Below are positions 30,778 through 40,928 of a stretch of DNA of 64,000 nt, piece after piece. The position numbers were made by a program, and so were the translations under genes. Position 1 is the first letter of the stretch. The number at the start of each line of letters is the position of its first letter. This DNA comes from Verrucomicrobiia bacterium (GTDB lineage Bacteria; Acidobacteriota; Polarisedimenticolia; Gp22-AA2): assembly GCA_035638075.1 (NCBI GenBank), contig DASRAU010000015.1:19609-83608 (forward strand), given 5' to 3'. Under the pieces are notes generated by a model that was not told the DNA's origin, made no database searches, and saw only the letters and a list, made by a program, of their open reading frames with translations.

Positions 30778-31383
30778 TTGCTCGACACCATCCACGCGAC
30801 CCTCCTCGCGCACCCGTGGGCGGGTCTGCTCCTGGTCGCCACCCTCGCCTGGCTGGAGTACGTCTTTCCGCCGGCGCCCGGGGACAGCGCCATGCTCCTG
30901 GCGTGCTTCCTCGCCGGCGCCGGCTCTCTGCCGCGCGGCGGCACCTACGCCGCGTGCTTTCTCGGCAGCGTCGCCGGGGCGATGACCGCCTACGCCCTGG
31001 GCGCGCGGCTGGGCCGGAGCTATTTCTTCCTCCGGTCCGACTGGGCGGCGGGGGAGCTGGCGCGCTTCGAGCGGGGCCTGAAGCGCTTCGGGCTGCGGCT
31101 TCTCGCCGTCAACCGCTTCCTTCCCGGGGTGCGCGGCGTGTTCCTCTACGGTGCCGGCATCGGGCGGCTGCCGTGGAAGCCGGTGCTGATCTATTCGAGC
31201 CTCGGAAACGCGCTCTGGGTCGCGCTCATCGCCTGGGCCGGGACCTCGTTCGGCAACTCGTGGGACGAGGTGCAGGGCATCTTCCGGCGCTACGTCTGGG
31301 GGATCGGGATCGTCGTCGCGATCTACGTCATCTGGGGCTACGTGCGCGCCAAGCGACGCGCGCGCCTCAGGACTTCTTCCTGA
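30778..31383 (+). CDS. DedA/VTT-domain family membrane protein
   Basis: TTG start. Has the DedA-like GxxxxxG and re-entrant loop (LAVNRFLPGVRGVFLYGAGIGRLPW). Confidence 0.7.
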   Translation: MLDTIHATLLAHPWAGLLLVATLAWLEYVFPPAPGDSAMLLACFLAGAGSLPRGGTYAACFLGSVAGAMTAYALGARLGRSYFFLRSDWAAGELARFERGLKRFGLRLLAVNRFLPGVRGVFLYGAGIGRLPWKPVLIYSSLGNALWVALIAWAGTSFGNSWDEVQGIFRRYVWGIGIVVAIYVIWGYVRAKRRARLRTSS

Positions 31384-32635
31384 GCCCCGCTTCGACGCGG
31401 TGCAGCGCGGCCACCCGGTCGGGCTGGTCGGGACGATCCTTCAGCGATTGCCGCAACGCCTCGGCCGCGCGCGCCAGATCGCCCTTCGCCTCGTAGGCCT
31501 GGGCCATCGAGTTCAGGAGCGCCACGCTCGGCGGGCCGGTGGCCGCGGCCTTCTCGAAGAAGCCGATGGCGTCGTCGATCTTCCCCTGCATGGCCGAAAC
31601 GACTCCGAGGTTGTAGAGCGCCAGCGGCTGGTCCGGCTTGAGCTTCAGCGCCTCTTCGTAGGCAGTCTTCGCGTCGTCGTAGCGCTTCTGCTGCACCCGG
31701 AGAGTGCCGAGGCTGACACGGAACTCCGGTGTCTTCGGCGCGAGGTTGATCGCCGTCGTGAACGATGTCTCCGCCTTGTCGGAGCGGCCCTCGCGCATGT
31801 AGACCTGCCCGAGCCAGTCGTGGTGCACCGCCGAGTCCTTCTTCTTCGCGAGGCTCGCCTCCAGCAGCCGCTCCAGCCGGCCGATGGCCTCGGGGTCGCC
31901 CTTCTTCTGGTAGAGGACGAAGAGGCGGCTCATCGGCTCGACCGCGGTCGGGTCGAGGTACAGCGCGTCGAGGTACTCCTTCTCGGCGCCGTCGCGGTTC
32001 CCCTCCGCCTCGAGCACGGCGCCCATGGCGGTGTGGAAGAGCGCATTCTTCGGGTCGGTCTTGAGCGAGGCCTCGGCCAGCTTGCGCGCCGTGGCCGGGT
32101 ACTGCCGGCGGATGTTGTCCACGACGACGTTGAGGACCACCTGGGGCCCGGGCGCCCCGACGGTGAGCCCGTCGTCGGAGATGCCGCGGGCGATCAGGTC
32201 CGACGACACCTGCTGCGCCATCGCGGTCGAAGCCCCGGGCAGGAGGATCTCGTCGGACGTCCGCTGCCGCGCCGCGTTGAGGATCGCGCCCTTGACCGTC
32301 TCCTGGATGAAATCGTTGGTGTCGCGACCGCTGCGCGCCTGGTGGAAGGTCAGCACGTCGCCGGGAGAAACGCGCGCGGTGACGTGGCAGGGAAGCTTGA
32401 AGGTCGCCTGGTCGCGCGTGACGATCGACATGGTCTCGTCCACCGTGACGGGCGGGACGTCATAGTGATAGACGCGATGGTAGAGTGGCACGCGCAGGTG
32501 CGGCCCGGCCGGGAGCAGCACGGTCTGGCCGCCGAGCGATTCGCGCACCGCCGGAGCGCCGGCGCCGACCCAGGTGATGCAGGACAGGGCCGCGACAACC
32601 AGGATGACGAGGACAATCAGGGTCGAGCGGCGCAT
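31367..32635 (-). CDS. membrane-anchored SPFH (band-7/prohibitin-like) domain protein with C-terminal TPR repeats
   Basis: N-terminal TM. SPFH-like region (VTRDQATFKLPCHVTARV...ILNAARQ). TPR repeats in the C-terminal half (ALYNLGVVSAMQGKIDDAIGFFEKAAATGP). Confidence 0.65.
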   Translation of the reverse strand: MRRSTLIVLVILVVAALSCITWVGAGAPAVRESLGGQTVLLPAGPHLRVPLYHRVYHYDVPPVTVDETMSIVTRDQATFKLPCHVTARVSPGDVLTFHQARSGRDTNDFIQETVKGAILNAARQRTSDEILLPGASTAMAQQVSSDLIARGISDDGLTVGAPGPQVVLNVVVDNIRRQYPATARKLAEASLKTDPKNALFHTAMGAVLEAEGNRDGAEKEYLDALYLDPTAVEPMSRLFVLYQKKGDPEAIGRLERLLEASLAKKKDSAVHHDWLGQVYMREGRSDKAETSFTTAINLAPKTPEFRVSLGTLRVQQKRYDDAKTAYEEALKLKPDQPLALYNLGVVSAMQGKIDDAIGFFEKAAATGPPSVALLNSMAQAYEAKGDLARAAEALRQSLKDRPDQPDRVAALHRVEAGLRKKS

Positions 32636-32708
32636 CGTCGGGAGCTCTCCATCGGCGGGTTTTCCGTTGCCGGCGCGCCTTGCGCCTGTCGCAACGGCCG
32701 GCGAGTTT

Positions 32709-33398
32709 ATGCGTTCGATCCGGGCCTGTCAACGAACCACGTTTTCGCTCGCTGCGCTCGTCGCGTTCGTGGTCTTCGCCGTGGCCGCGCCCGGGCACGC
32801 CGCGGAAGGGAACGGGTCGGCGGCGACCGCCGCCAAACGGCTCGAAGAGCGTCTCTCGGCGGTGAAGGGAGTCGAGGCGGACTTCGTCCAGACGCTCGAC
32901 ACGCCGGCGCTGCCGGAGCCCCAGGTCGAGTCGGGCCGCCTGTTTCTCGAGCGCCCCGGCCGGATGCGGTGGGAGTACCAGGTTCCGAAGGGCAAGCTGG
33001 CGCTCGCCGACGGCAAGGACACCTGGCTGTGGCTGCCGGAGGACCAGGTCGCCATCACCACCCCGCTCGCCGGCGACGAGCGTGACGCCGGCGTGTCGCT
33101 CCTGATGCGCGAGCGCATCGACCTCCTGGCGCGCTTCACGGTCGACTGGGGTCCCGCCGTCCGCAACGAGCCGCGCCCCCTGCGCCTGAAGGCGAAGACC
33201 GCCGACGCCCCCTACGATGCGCTCCTGGTCGACGTCGATCCGACCGGCTTCCCGCGCCAGCTGACGGTGCTCGATTCGCTCGGCGGCCGCGTCACCTATC
33301 GGCTCTCCAACCTGAAATTCACCGACCACCTGGACCCCGCGTTGTTCCGGTTCACCCCCCCTCCCGGCGCGACGATCCAGAGAGCCTCGGCACCGTAG
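32709..33398 (+). CDS. lolA: outer-membrane lipoprotein carrier protein LolA
   Basis: Start MRSIRACQRT with a signal peptide. ADFVQTLDTPALP...GRLFLERPGRMRWEY...DTWLWLPEDQ fits the LolA family. Listed ORF 32574 is extended. Confidence 0.75.
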   Translation: MRSIRACQRTTFSLAALVAFVVFAVAAPGHAAEGNGSAATAAKRLEERLSAVKGVEADFVQTLDTPALPEPQVESGRLFLERPGRMRWEYQVPKGKLALADGKDTWLWLPEDQVAITTPLAGDERDAGVSLLMRERIDLLARFTVDWGPAVRNEPRPLRLKAKTADAPYDALLVDVDPTGFPRQLTVLDSLGGRVTYRLSNLKFTDHLDPALFRFTPPPGATIQRASAP

Positions 33399-33504
33399 CC
33401 AACAGCCGCGCTGGGCGCGGTCCGCGGCGGTGCCCCGATTCTTTACAGCCTTGAGACCGGAATGCTAGGATGCGCCGCTTGTCCGCCGCGCGGAGGTCAG
33501 TCGC

Positions 33505-33996
33505 TTGGCGTCCGAAAGTTCCTTCGATATCGTCTCGAAAGTCGATCTGCAGGAGGTTGACAACGCCGTCAACCAGACCCTGCGCGAGATCGGCCAGCGC
33601 TGGGACTTCAAGAACTCCAAGGTGACCCTGACCCGCGAGGCGCAGATCCTGACGCTGCACGCCGAGGACGACGCGAAGCGCCACGCCGTCATCGAAATCC
33701 TCAGCGAGCGCCTGGCCTCCCGCAAGGTCCCGATCAAGGCGCTGCAGTTCAAGGACCCGCAGCCGGCCGCCGTCGGTTCGGTGCGGCAGGAGATCCACGT
33801 GCAGGCGGGGATCGCGCAGGACCAGGCGAAGGAGATCGTCAAGGTGCTGAAGGCCAGCGGCCTGAAGGTGCAGCCGGCGATCCAGGGCGACTGCGTGCGC
33901 GTCCGCGGCAAGAACAAGGACGATCTCCAGTCGGCGATCCGCGTGCTGCGCGGCGGCACCTTCGAGTTCGACATGCAGTTCACCAACTATCGCTGA
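33505..33996 (+). CDS. yajQ: YajQ family (UPF0234) nucleotide/c-di-GMP-binding protein
   Basis: SFDIVSKVDLQEVDNAVNQ...KVQPAIQGDCVRVRGKNKDDLQ is collinear with YajQ. Confidence 0.8.
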   Translation: MASESSFDIVSKVDLQEVDNAVNQTLREIGQRWDFKNSKVTLTREAQILTLHAEDDAKRHAVIEILSERLASRKVPIKALQFKDPQPAAVGSVRQEIHVQAGIAQDQAKEIVKVLKASGLKVQPAIQGDCVRVRGKNKDDLQSAIRVLRGGTFEFDMQFTNYR

Positions 33997-34000
33997 GCGC

Positions 34001-34663
34001 ATGAATCCTCGCTTCGCAGTCGGTTTGGCCCTCGCCGCGATGCTGGCGTTCGCGCCGGCCGCCCCGGCCGCGTCGCCCGATCCGGCGGTCGTCGTCAAGG
34101 GTTCGCTGACCGAGCCGAACGGCACGCCGGCCGCCTTCCAGACGGTGCGGCTCCTCAAGACGCGCAAGATCCGCAGCATCTCCGACCCGAAGGCGCGCCC
34201 GCAGGAGGTGGAGGAGGCCCGCACCCGCACCGACGCCGCGGGCGGCTTCCGTTTCGAGATCCCGGCCGACCCGTCGTTCCCGTACTGGTTCGTGCGCTTC
34301 TACGACCCGAAGGAGTTCGACCTGGTCAAGTACCAGGTCCCGCCCGATCACGACGTCAGCCGCGCGGTGCACGACGGCTACGGCATCGAGGTCACGGCGG
34401 TGCTGCAGCTCCATCCCGACTGGCCGAAGGTGAAGGCGCTCGTGGACCAGTACGGGCCGGCCAGCCACCGCGGGCAGATCCTCCGGAGCCTCGGGCTGCC
34501 GACGCGGCAGGAGCCGCAGGGCGAAGGACGCGAGCTGTGGGTCTTCTCGGGCTCGGGGGTCACCTACCTGCTCGAAGGGGACAACGTGATCGAGACGAAG
34601 CGCAGCGCGCCCGATCCGGCCAATGGCGCGCCGCAGCCGGCGGCGAGGTCCGACAAGCCGTGA
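34001..34663 (+). CDS. secreted hypothetical protein
   Basis: Signal peptide MNPRFAVGLALAAMLAFAPAAPAA. Non-repetitive, protein-like composition. No recognised domain. Confidence 0.5.
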   Translation: MNPRFAVGLALAAMLAFAPAAPAASPDPAVVVKGSLTEPNGTPAAFQTVRLLKTRKIRSISDPKARPQEVEEARTRTDAAGGFRFEIPADPSFPYWFVRFYDPKEFDLVKYQVPPDHDVSRAVHDGYGIEVTAVLQLHPDWPKVKALVDQYGPASHRGQILRSLGLPTRQEPQGEGRELWVFSGSGVTYLLEGDNVIETKRSAPDPANGAPQPAARSDKP

Positions 34664-35706
34664 GCGACCTGGCGACCGGCCTGCGCACGCCCGCCGTCCC
34701 CGACGGCCCGCCCGAGCCGCGGCGCTACCCGCCCGAGCTGCCGGCGATCATCGCGCTCGTCTCCGACAAGCTGCGGCGCGTCGAGGAGGAATGCCGGCGC
34801 AACCTGCGCTCCGAGGTCGGCGCGGTCGACGAGCTGGGAGCGTACCTGGCGGACGCCGGCGGCAAGCGCATCCGTCCCATCCTGCTGCTCCTCGCGACGC
34901 AGATGTGCGGCTACCGCGGCGACCGCGATGTGCTGTTCGCCAGCGTGTTCGAGTTCATCCACACGGCGACGCTGGTGCACGACGACGTCATCGACGAGGC
35001 CGAGACGCGGCGCGGGCGCGGCACCATGAACGCGCGCTGGGGGAACGGGCTGACCGTGCTCCTCGGCGACTACCTGTACATCAAGTCGATGAACATGGCG
35101 CTCGAGGCGGACGACATCCGCATCATCCGCATCCTGGCGGAGATCACCCTCAAGATGATCGAGGGCGAGATCGTCGCGGACCGCGGGCGCGGCCAGATCG
35201 ACACGACCGAGAAGGAGCACCTCGAGGTCATCCGCCGCAAGACGGCGTACCTGTTCTCGGGGTGCGGGCGCGTCGCGGGGGTGCTGTCCAACCTCGAGCC
35301 GCGGCGTCTGGAGGCGCTCGCCGACTACGGCATGAATCTCGGCATGGCCTTCCAGATCGTCGACGACCTGCTGGATCTCACCGCCGACAGCCGCACGCTC
35401 GGGAAGCCGGCCGCCTCCGACCTCAAGGAAGGGATGCTCACCCTGCCGCTCATCTACCTGCTCGAGCAGGCGTCCCCCGAGGAGCGGATGATGGTGCGCA
35501 CGGTGCTCGAGGAGGGCGATTTCCTGACCGTGTCGCGTGACGAGATCCTGGCCCTGGTCCGGCGTCACCGCACCCTCGAACGCACCCGGGAGCTGGCGAC
35601 CTCCTACGCCCTGAAGGCGCGCCAGGCGCTCGATCTCTTCCCCTCGAGCCCGGCCAGAGACGCCCTGCAGTTCCTGCCCCAGTTCGTCGTCTCGCGCCAG
35701 TACTGA
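34660..35706 (+). CDS. ispB: polyprenyl diphosphate synthase (IspB-like, trans-IPPS)
   Basis: First DDxxD (LVHDDVIDEAETRRG) and second DDxxD (FQIVDDLLD). GTG start overlaps the previous stop. Confidence 0.85.
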   Translation: MSDLATGLRTPAVPDGPPEPRRYPPELPAIIALVSDKLRRVEEECRRNLRSEVGAVDELGAYLADAGGKRIRPILLLLATQMCGYRGDRDVLFASVFEFIHTATLVHDDVIDEAETRRGRGTMNARWGNGLTVLLGDYLYIKSMNMALEADDIRIIRILAEITLKMIEGEIVADRGRGQIDTTEKEHLEVIRRKTAYLFSGCGRVAGVLSNLEPRRLEALADYGMNLGMAFQIVDDLLDLTADSRTLGKPAASDLKEGMLTLPLIYLLEQASPEERMMVRTVLEEGDFLTVSRDEILALVRRHRTLERTRELATSYALKARQALDLFPSSPARDALQFLPQFVVSRQY

Positions 35707-35717
35707 CGGCCCTTTCC

Positions 35718-35737
35718 GGGCCTGGGGGGCGCCAGGC
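35718..35737. terminator. GC hairpin GGCCTGG-N6-CCAGGCC after ispB
   Basis: Perfect 7-bp inverted repeat 12 nt after the stop. No T-run. Confidence 0.3.
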
Positions 35738-35876
35738 CGCCGCCCCACAAGGAATGGGCCACCCCGGCGTTTCTCCCACAAGATTTCGTGATCGAGGGCT
35801 CCGGAAGAGCGGGATCCGCGTGCTATAGTCCGGCCCGTTACGCGGCCGCTCAAAAACGGCTGCCCCCGGGGAGGCC

Positions 35877-38800
35877 ATGGCACGATTCCTCAAGCTCGAG
35901 CGGATGGAAATCCACGGGTTCAAGTCGTTCTACGGCCGGACCCGCTTCGAATTTCCCGAGGGGATCACCGCGGTCGTCGGACCGAACGGCTGCGGCAAGA
36001 GCAACATCGGCGACGCCATCTCCTGGGTCCTGGGCGAGCAGCGCGCCTCCTCCCTGCGCAGCGAGAGCATGGAGGACGTCATCTTCAACGGCAGCCAGGG
36101 CAAGAAGCCCCTGGGGATGGCGGAGGTCTCGCTCATTTTCCGCAACGTCCGCGCCCGTGCCGGCGACACCGCCTGCGGCACCCTCGATGGCGAGCCGACC
36201 GTCCTCTCTCCCGACGTGATGATGGACCCGCTCGGCGATGCGACGAAGACGATCGCCGAGCAGGGGAACGGCAACGGCCATGGCAACGGCAACGGCAACG
36301 GCAACGGCCATGGCCATGACGCCGCCGTCGTCGAGGTCGAGGCGGGCGCTTCCGGGGCGGTGCCGCTCGTGGCCGAAGCGGTTGCGGCACCCGCGGAGCC
36401 CGGGACGGAAGGAGCCGCCGCCGCGCCGGCCGAGGCGGCAGCCGAAGGCACGACACCGCAGACGGCGCGCTTCTTCCTCGAGGAGCTTCCCGACGAAGTC
36501 GTGGTGACGCGACGGCTCTACCGCTCCGGGGAGAGCGAGTACGCGCTCAACGGCCAGCGCTGCCGGCTGCGCGACGTGCAGGACCTGCTGGCGCGCACGG
36601 AGATCGGCACCCGCCTCTACACGACCATCGAGCAGGGGAAGATCGACCAGATCCTGCTCGCCAAGCCGAAGGAGCGGCGCGTCCTGATCGAGGAGGCAGC
36701 CGGCATCCTCGGCTACAAGATCAAGCGCCGCCACACCGAGCAGAAGCTCGAAGCCACGCAGGCGAATCTCCTGCGTCTCGCCGACATCGCGGTGGAAGTG
36801 GACAAGCAGATCCAGTCGCTGCGACGGCAGGCCGCCAAGGCCCGCCGCTATCGACGGCTGATGGACGCGCTGCGCGAGCGCCGGGCGTCCCTCGCGTGGC
36901 GGCGGCTCCTCGACTGCGACGCCGGGCTCGAGGCTTCGGCGAAGGCTCTCTCCGAGCTGGGCGAGAGAGAAGCGGCGTCCGCGGGCGAGCTGGCCCGCGC
37001 CGAGTCGGATCTCGAAGCGCTGCGCCTCAAGCTCGACGCGGCCGAAGAAGAAGCCCGGCAGCGGCGCGACGCCCTGCACGCCCTCGACATGGAGCTCGAT
37101 CGCATCCAGGAGCGGCAGCGTGCCGGGTCGGAGCAGTCGGCCGATCTCGAGCGGCGCGCCGCCGAGGCCGAGGAGGAGATCGGCACGCTGCACGCGCGCG
37201 CCTCCGAGCGCGACGCGGCCGGACAGGCGGTGACCGTCGAGCTCGGTCTCGAGGCGGAGCGGGTGCGCGCCGCCGAGGCCGCGCTCCAGTCGCTCGAGGA
37301 GGATCGCATCGCCCAGGCGGCGGGCATCGCCCGCGCCGAGGCCGATCTCGAGGGCATGCGGCAGCGGCTGCTCGAGCGGCTCGACCGCCTCGCCGAGAGC
37401 GGCCGCCGGCGCGCCGCGCTCGAAGAGCAGGGACGGGCGGCGCAGCAGGCCCTCGAGCGACTGGCGCGCGATCGGGGCGAGGCCGAGAAGACCGCGCTCG
37501 ATCTCGAGACCGGCCTGCGTCTTCTCGCTGAGGAGACCTCCGGCCGCCAGGCGCGCGTCGAGGACTGCGGCCGCGTCCACCAGGAAGAGGCGGCCGGGCT
37601 GCGCCACGCGGAGGAAGGGCTGGCGGAGGCGGAGCTGCGACTGGAGGAGCGGCGCGGGCGTTTCGCCGCCCTCTCGGACCGGCTCGAGGCGCTGGCCGAT
37701 CTCGAGCGGCGCCACGCCGGGATGGCGGAAGGCGTCGTGGATCTGCTGCGGGGCGGCGACGGGTTCGAGGCGCGCGGCGTCGTCGGGGAGTCGCTCGACG
37801 TTCCCGCCGGTCTCGAGCGGGCGGTCGCGGCCGCCCTCGGTCGGCTCCAGGACGGGTTGTTCGTACCGGCGATGCACGAGGCGGCCCGCGGCGCGCGCCT
37901 CCTGCGCCAGCGCGGCACCGGCCGCGCCGCGTTCGTCCCGTCCGGTGCGGCGCGCGCCCTGCTCGCCCCGGGGCCGGCCGAGTCGTTCGAGGGGATTCTC
38001 GGGGTGCTCGCGGATCGGGTCGGCGGACTCGAGCGGGGAGGCGTGATCGAGTCGCGGCTGTCGCGTGTCCTGCTCGCGGCCGATGTCGACGCCGCGGTCG
38101 CGGCCGCGTCCTCGCTGCCGGGCTGGAGCTTCGTCACGGCGGACGGAGATCTCCTCGACGCCGACGGGGCGCTGTACGGCGGGGACGGTCCCGAGCAACA
38201 GCACGGGGTGCTGGCGCGCCGGGCCGAGCGCACGGCGCTGGCGCGGCAGATCGAGGAGATCGACGCCGAGCGCGGCACGGCCGAGCGGGACTGCGAGACG
38301 CTGAGGCGCGACGCCGAGGAGCGGCGCGCGCGCGCCGCCGTAGCCTCTGCGCGGCTCGAGGACGAGCAGCGCGGCCACTTCCAGTCCGACCTGGCGCGGC
38401 AGCAGAAGGAGGCAGAGCGCGGCCGCATCCTGGCGACGCTGCCGCTCCTCGAAAACGAGGCGGGGCGGCTCGAGCGCGAAGCCGCCACGCGGGCGCAGGA
38501 GGCCTTCCAGGCCGCCGGCGAGCAGCAGGAGCACGAAGCCCAGCGCGTCGCCGAGGAAGAAGGCATCCGGGGCGCGTCCGAAGGCATCGCCTCTTTGCGC
38601 TCTGCCCTCGACGCGGCGCAGGGGAGGGCCTCCGAAGCGCGGGCGATGGTCGCCGCCGGGCACCAGCGTCTGGCGGCTTTGGCGCGCGAGCGCGAGTCCG
38701 TGGCCGAGGCCGAGCGCGAGCTGCGCGCCCGGCTCGCCGAGCGCGACGCGCAGCGGCTCGCGGCGCGTGAGCGCCTCCAGGAAATCGCCCGGCTGTCGGC

Positions 38801-39746
38801 GGAGCTGACGGGACAGCGCGAGCGCACCACGGCGACGCGCGCGGAGGCGGCGGCGCAGGATGAGGCCGCCCTGGCCGGACTCGCCTACGACCGCTCGCTG
38901 CACCACGCGCGCGAGCAGGCGGCGAAGGAAGCGCGCGCCCTCCTCGAGACGGCGCGCGGTGAGCGCCAGGAGCAGGAGATCCGCCGCGCCCGCCTCGGCT
39001 CCGACCTCGAGCACCTCGAGGCCTCCTGCCGCGAGGACCTCGGCCGCACCCTCGACGAGCTGCGCACCGCCCCGCCGGTGCTCGAAGAAGGCCGCACGCT
39101 TCTCGACGACGAGCGCGAGGTGGCGGAAGGGCGCGCGTCGATCGACGCCATCGGCCCGGTCAACCTCATGGCCATCGAGCAGTGCACCGAGCTGGAAGAG
39201 CGCCACGCCGGCATGGAGAAAGAGCGCCAGGACCTCGAGGCGGCCATCGAGTCGCTGCGCGACACCATCCGCCGCATCAACCGCGAATCGCGCCAGCGGT
39301 TCCTTGCGGCGTTCGAGGCCATCAAGGCGGGCTTCGAGACCTCGTTCACGGTGCTGTTCGGCGGCGGTCGCGCCGAGCTGCGCCTGCAGGAAGGGGAGGA
39401 GGACATCCTCGAGGCGGGTGTCGAAATCGCGGCGCAGCCGCCGGGGAAGCGTCTGCAGTCGCTGGCGCTCCTCTCGGGCGGCGAGAAGGCCCTGACCGCG
39501 GTGGCGCTCCTGTTCTCCCTCTTCCGCTACCGGCCTTCGCCCTTCTGCGTCCTCGACGAGGTGGATGCCCCGCTCGACGAGGCGAACGTCGAGCGCTTCA
39601 CGAAGCTCCTGCGCGAGCTCACCGACGACACCCAGTTCATCATGATCACCCACAACCGCAAGAGCATGGAGGCGGCGAACCTCCTCTACGGGGTGACCAT
39701 GGAGGAGCCGGGCGTTTCGAAGGTCCTGCCTTTGCGTTTCGAGTAG
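35877..39746 (+). CDS. smc: chromosome segregation protein SMC
   Basis: 1289 aa. N-terminal Walker A GPNGCGKSN. Long coiled coils and a hinge. C-terminal LSGGEKALTAVALLFSLF with Walker B CVLDEVDAPLDE. Carries a ~100-aa low-complexity insertion that includes the GNGNGHGNGNGNGNGHGHD repeat. Confidence 0.9.
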   Translation: MARFLKLERMEIHGFKSFYGRTRFEFPEGITAVVGPNGCGKSNIGDAISWVLGEQRASSLRSESMEDVIFNGSQGKKPLGMAEVSLIFRNVRARAGDTACGTLDGEPTVLSPDVMMDPLGDATKTIAEQGNGNGHGNGNGNGNGHGHDAAVVEVEAGASGAVPLVAEAVAAPAEPGTEGAAAAPAEAAAEGTTPQTARFFLEELPDEVVVTRRLYRSGESEYALNGQRCRLRDVQDLLARTEIGTRLYTTIEQGKIDQILLAKPKERRVLIEEAAGILGYKIKRRHTEQKLEATQANLLRLADIAVEVDKQIQSLRRQAAKARRYRRLMDALRERRASLAWRRLLDCDAGLEASAKALSELGEREAASAGELARAESDLEALRLKLDAAEEEARQRRDALHALDMELDRIQERQRAGSEQSADLERRAAEAEEEIGTLHARASERDAAGQAVTVELGLEAERVRAAEAALQSLEEDRIAQAAGIARAEADLEGMRQRLLERLDRLAESGRRRAALEEQGRAAQQALERLARDRGEAEKTALDLETGLRLLAEETSGRQARVEDCGRVHQEEAAGLRHAEEGLAEAELRLEERRGRFAALSDRLEALADLERRHAGMAEGVVDLLRGGDGFEARGVVGESLDVPAGLERAVAAALGRLQDGLFVPAMHEAARGARLLRQRGTGRAAFVPSGAARALLAPGPAESFEGILGVLADRVGGLERGGVIESRLSRVLLAADVDAAVAAASSLPGWSFVTADGDLLDADGALYGGDGPEQQHGVLARRAERTALARQIEEIDAERGTAERDCETLRRDAEERRARAAVASARLEDEQRGHFQSDLARQQKEAERGRILATLPLLENEAGRLEREAATRAQEAFQAAGEQQEHEAQRVAEEEGIRGASEGIASLRSALDAAQGRASEARAMVAAGHQRLAALARERESVAEAERELRARLAERDAQRLAARERLQEIARLSAELTGQRERTTATRAEAAAQDEAALAGLAYDRSLHHAREQAAKEARALLETARGERQEQEIRRARLGSDLEHLEASCREDLGRTLDELRTAPPVLEEGRTLLDDEREVAEGRASIDAIGPVNLMAIEQCTELEERHAGMEKERQDLEAAIESLRDTIRRINRESRQRFLAAFEAIKAGFETSFTVLFGGGRAELRLQEGEEDILEAGVEIAAQPPGKRLQSLALLSGGEKALTAVALLFSLFRYRPSPFCVLDEVDAPLDEANVERFTKLLRELTDDTQFIMITHNRKSMEAANLLYGVTMEEPGVSKVLPLRFE
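36267..36317 (+). repeat. in-frame hexanucleotide microsatellite (AACGGC)n interrupted by CATGGC, inside smc
   Basis: ggg aac ggc aac ggc cat ggc (aac ggc)x4 cat ggc cat gac encodes GNGNGHGNGNGNGNGHGHD. Confidence 0.8.
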
Positions 39747-39758
39747 TTCGCCTCGGAG

Positions 39759-40928
39759 TCAGGCGAGATTCGGGATCGCCACCGGCCGCTCGGGCGCCGT
39801 CGGCGGGATCACCGCCCACGGGTCTTCCTCCCGGAGCCCGTTCAAATCCAGCGTGATGCCGGCCGAAGCGAAGGCGGCGGTCAGCTCGCGCTGCCGCGCC
39901 CTGAGGAAAGACGCCGTCGACCGGTAGCCGTAGTGCAGCATGGCGACGCGCGACCCGTAGTTCAGGATGTTCTCCATGAACAGGACCGAGTCGCGCGGGT
40001 CGGGCTCGATCACCACGACCACCGCCTCCGGGGTGCGGGCGCGGACGTGCTCCAGCGCCAGCTTGAAGCGCTCGCGCGACGAGATGCGCTGCGCCTGGTC
40101 CACGACGAAGGTCACGCCCTTCTCGCGCAGGCGGGCGCACATGCCCGAGAAGGTCGGGATGCAGACGACCCCCTCCTCGTTGCGGATCGGCAGGACCGGG
40201 TTCAGCAGCACGATGAAGCGCGAGCCGCGCTCGAGCGGCTGGTCGAGGTGGATGACCTGGCCGATGCCGCCGTCGATGAAATCGAGGCCGCGCAGAGTCA
40301 CCGGGCGGAAATAGAGCGGCAGCGCCGAGGAGGCGGCGATGGCGTCGGAGATCGGCACGTCGCGCCATTCGCTCGACCCGAACAGGATGCGGTCGCCGGT
40401 GTCGAGGTGGATCGCCGGGATGTACAGCTCCTTCGGGAGCGCGGCGAACGAATCCACGCGTCCGTGAAGCGTCAGCAGCCGGTGCAGGTAGGCACGGTAG
40501 TGGTCGAGGGCGTAGATCCCCGGAGGCAGGTTCTCCTGCAGCGCGTAGACCATGCGCGCCAGAGAGAACGACTCGCCGCGGGCGCGCCGCTGCCGCCACA
40601 GGGTCGGGAGCTGGCGGACCCCCTTGAGGAAGGAATGGCGGATCTCCTTCCAGTCGATGCGGACGATGTCCTCCTGGCGGAAGTTGAGCGGGTCGTCGCT
40701 GTTGTGCAGGATGGCGCGGCCCACCTCGGCCGGAGTGACCCCGTTGACCATCAGCGCGGCCACGACCGCGCCGCCGCTCGTGCCGACGTAGACGTCGTAG
40801 GCGGTGGACGAGAACTGGCCGGCGGTGGCGTGATCGAGCGCGTGCAGGGCGCCGAACTCGTACATCGCGCCGGTGATGCCGCCGCCGCACAGGACGAGGC
40901 TGCGGGGGGAAGGGCCGGGAGCGCTCAC
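39759..40928 (-). CDS. patatin-like phospholipase
   Basis: Oxyanion motif GGGITGAMYEFG and nucleophile elbow GTSGG. An Asp is present in the downstream DGG motif (FIDGGIG). Confidence 0.8.
   Translation of the reverse strand: MSAPGPSPRSLVLCGGGITGAMYEFGALHALDHATAGQFSSTAYDVYVGTSGGAVVAALMVNGVTPAEVGRAILHNSDDPLNFRQEDIVRIDWKEIRHSFLKGVRQLPTLWRQRRARGESFSLARMVYALQENLPPGIYALDHYRAYLHRLLTLHGRVDSFAALPKELYIPAIHLDTGDRILFGSSEWRDVPISDAIAASSALPLYFRPVTLRGLDFIDGGIGQVIHLDQPLERGSRFIVLLNPVLPIRNEEGVVCIPTFSGMCARLREKGVTFVVDQAQRISSRERFKLALEHVRARTPEAVVVVIEPDPRDSVLFMENILNYGSRVAMLHYGYRSTASFLRARQRELTAAFASAGITLDLNGLREEDPWAVIPPTAPERPVAIPNLA

Noticed and set aside
36267-36317. Tandem repeats in smc as a possible CRISPR or minisatellite array
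   Set aside because: The 6-nt unit is contiguous and in-frame, inside a conserved CDS. There are no spacers, so it is a coding microsatellite, not CRISPR.
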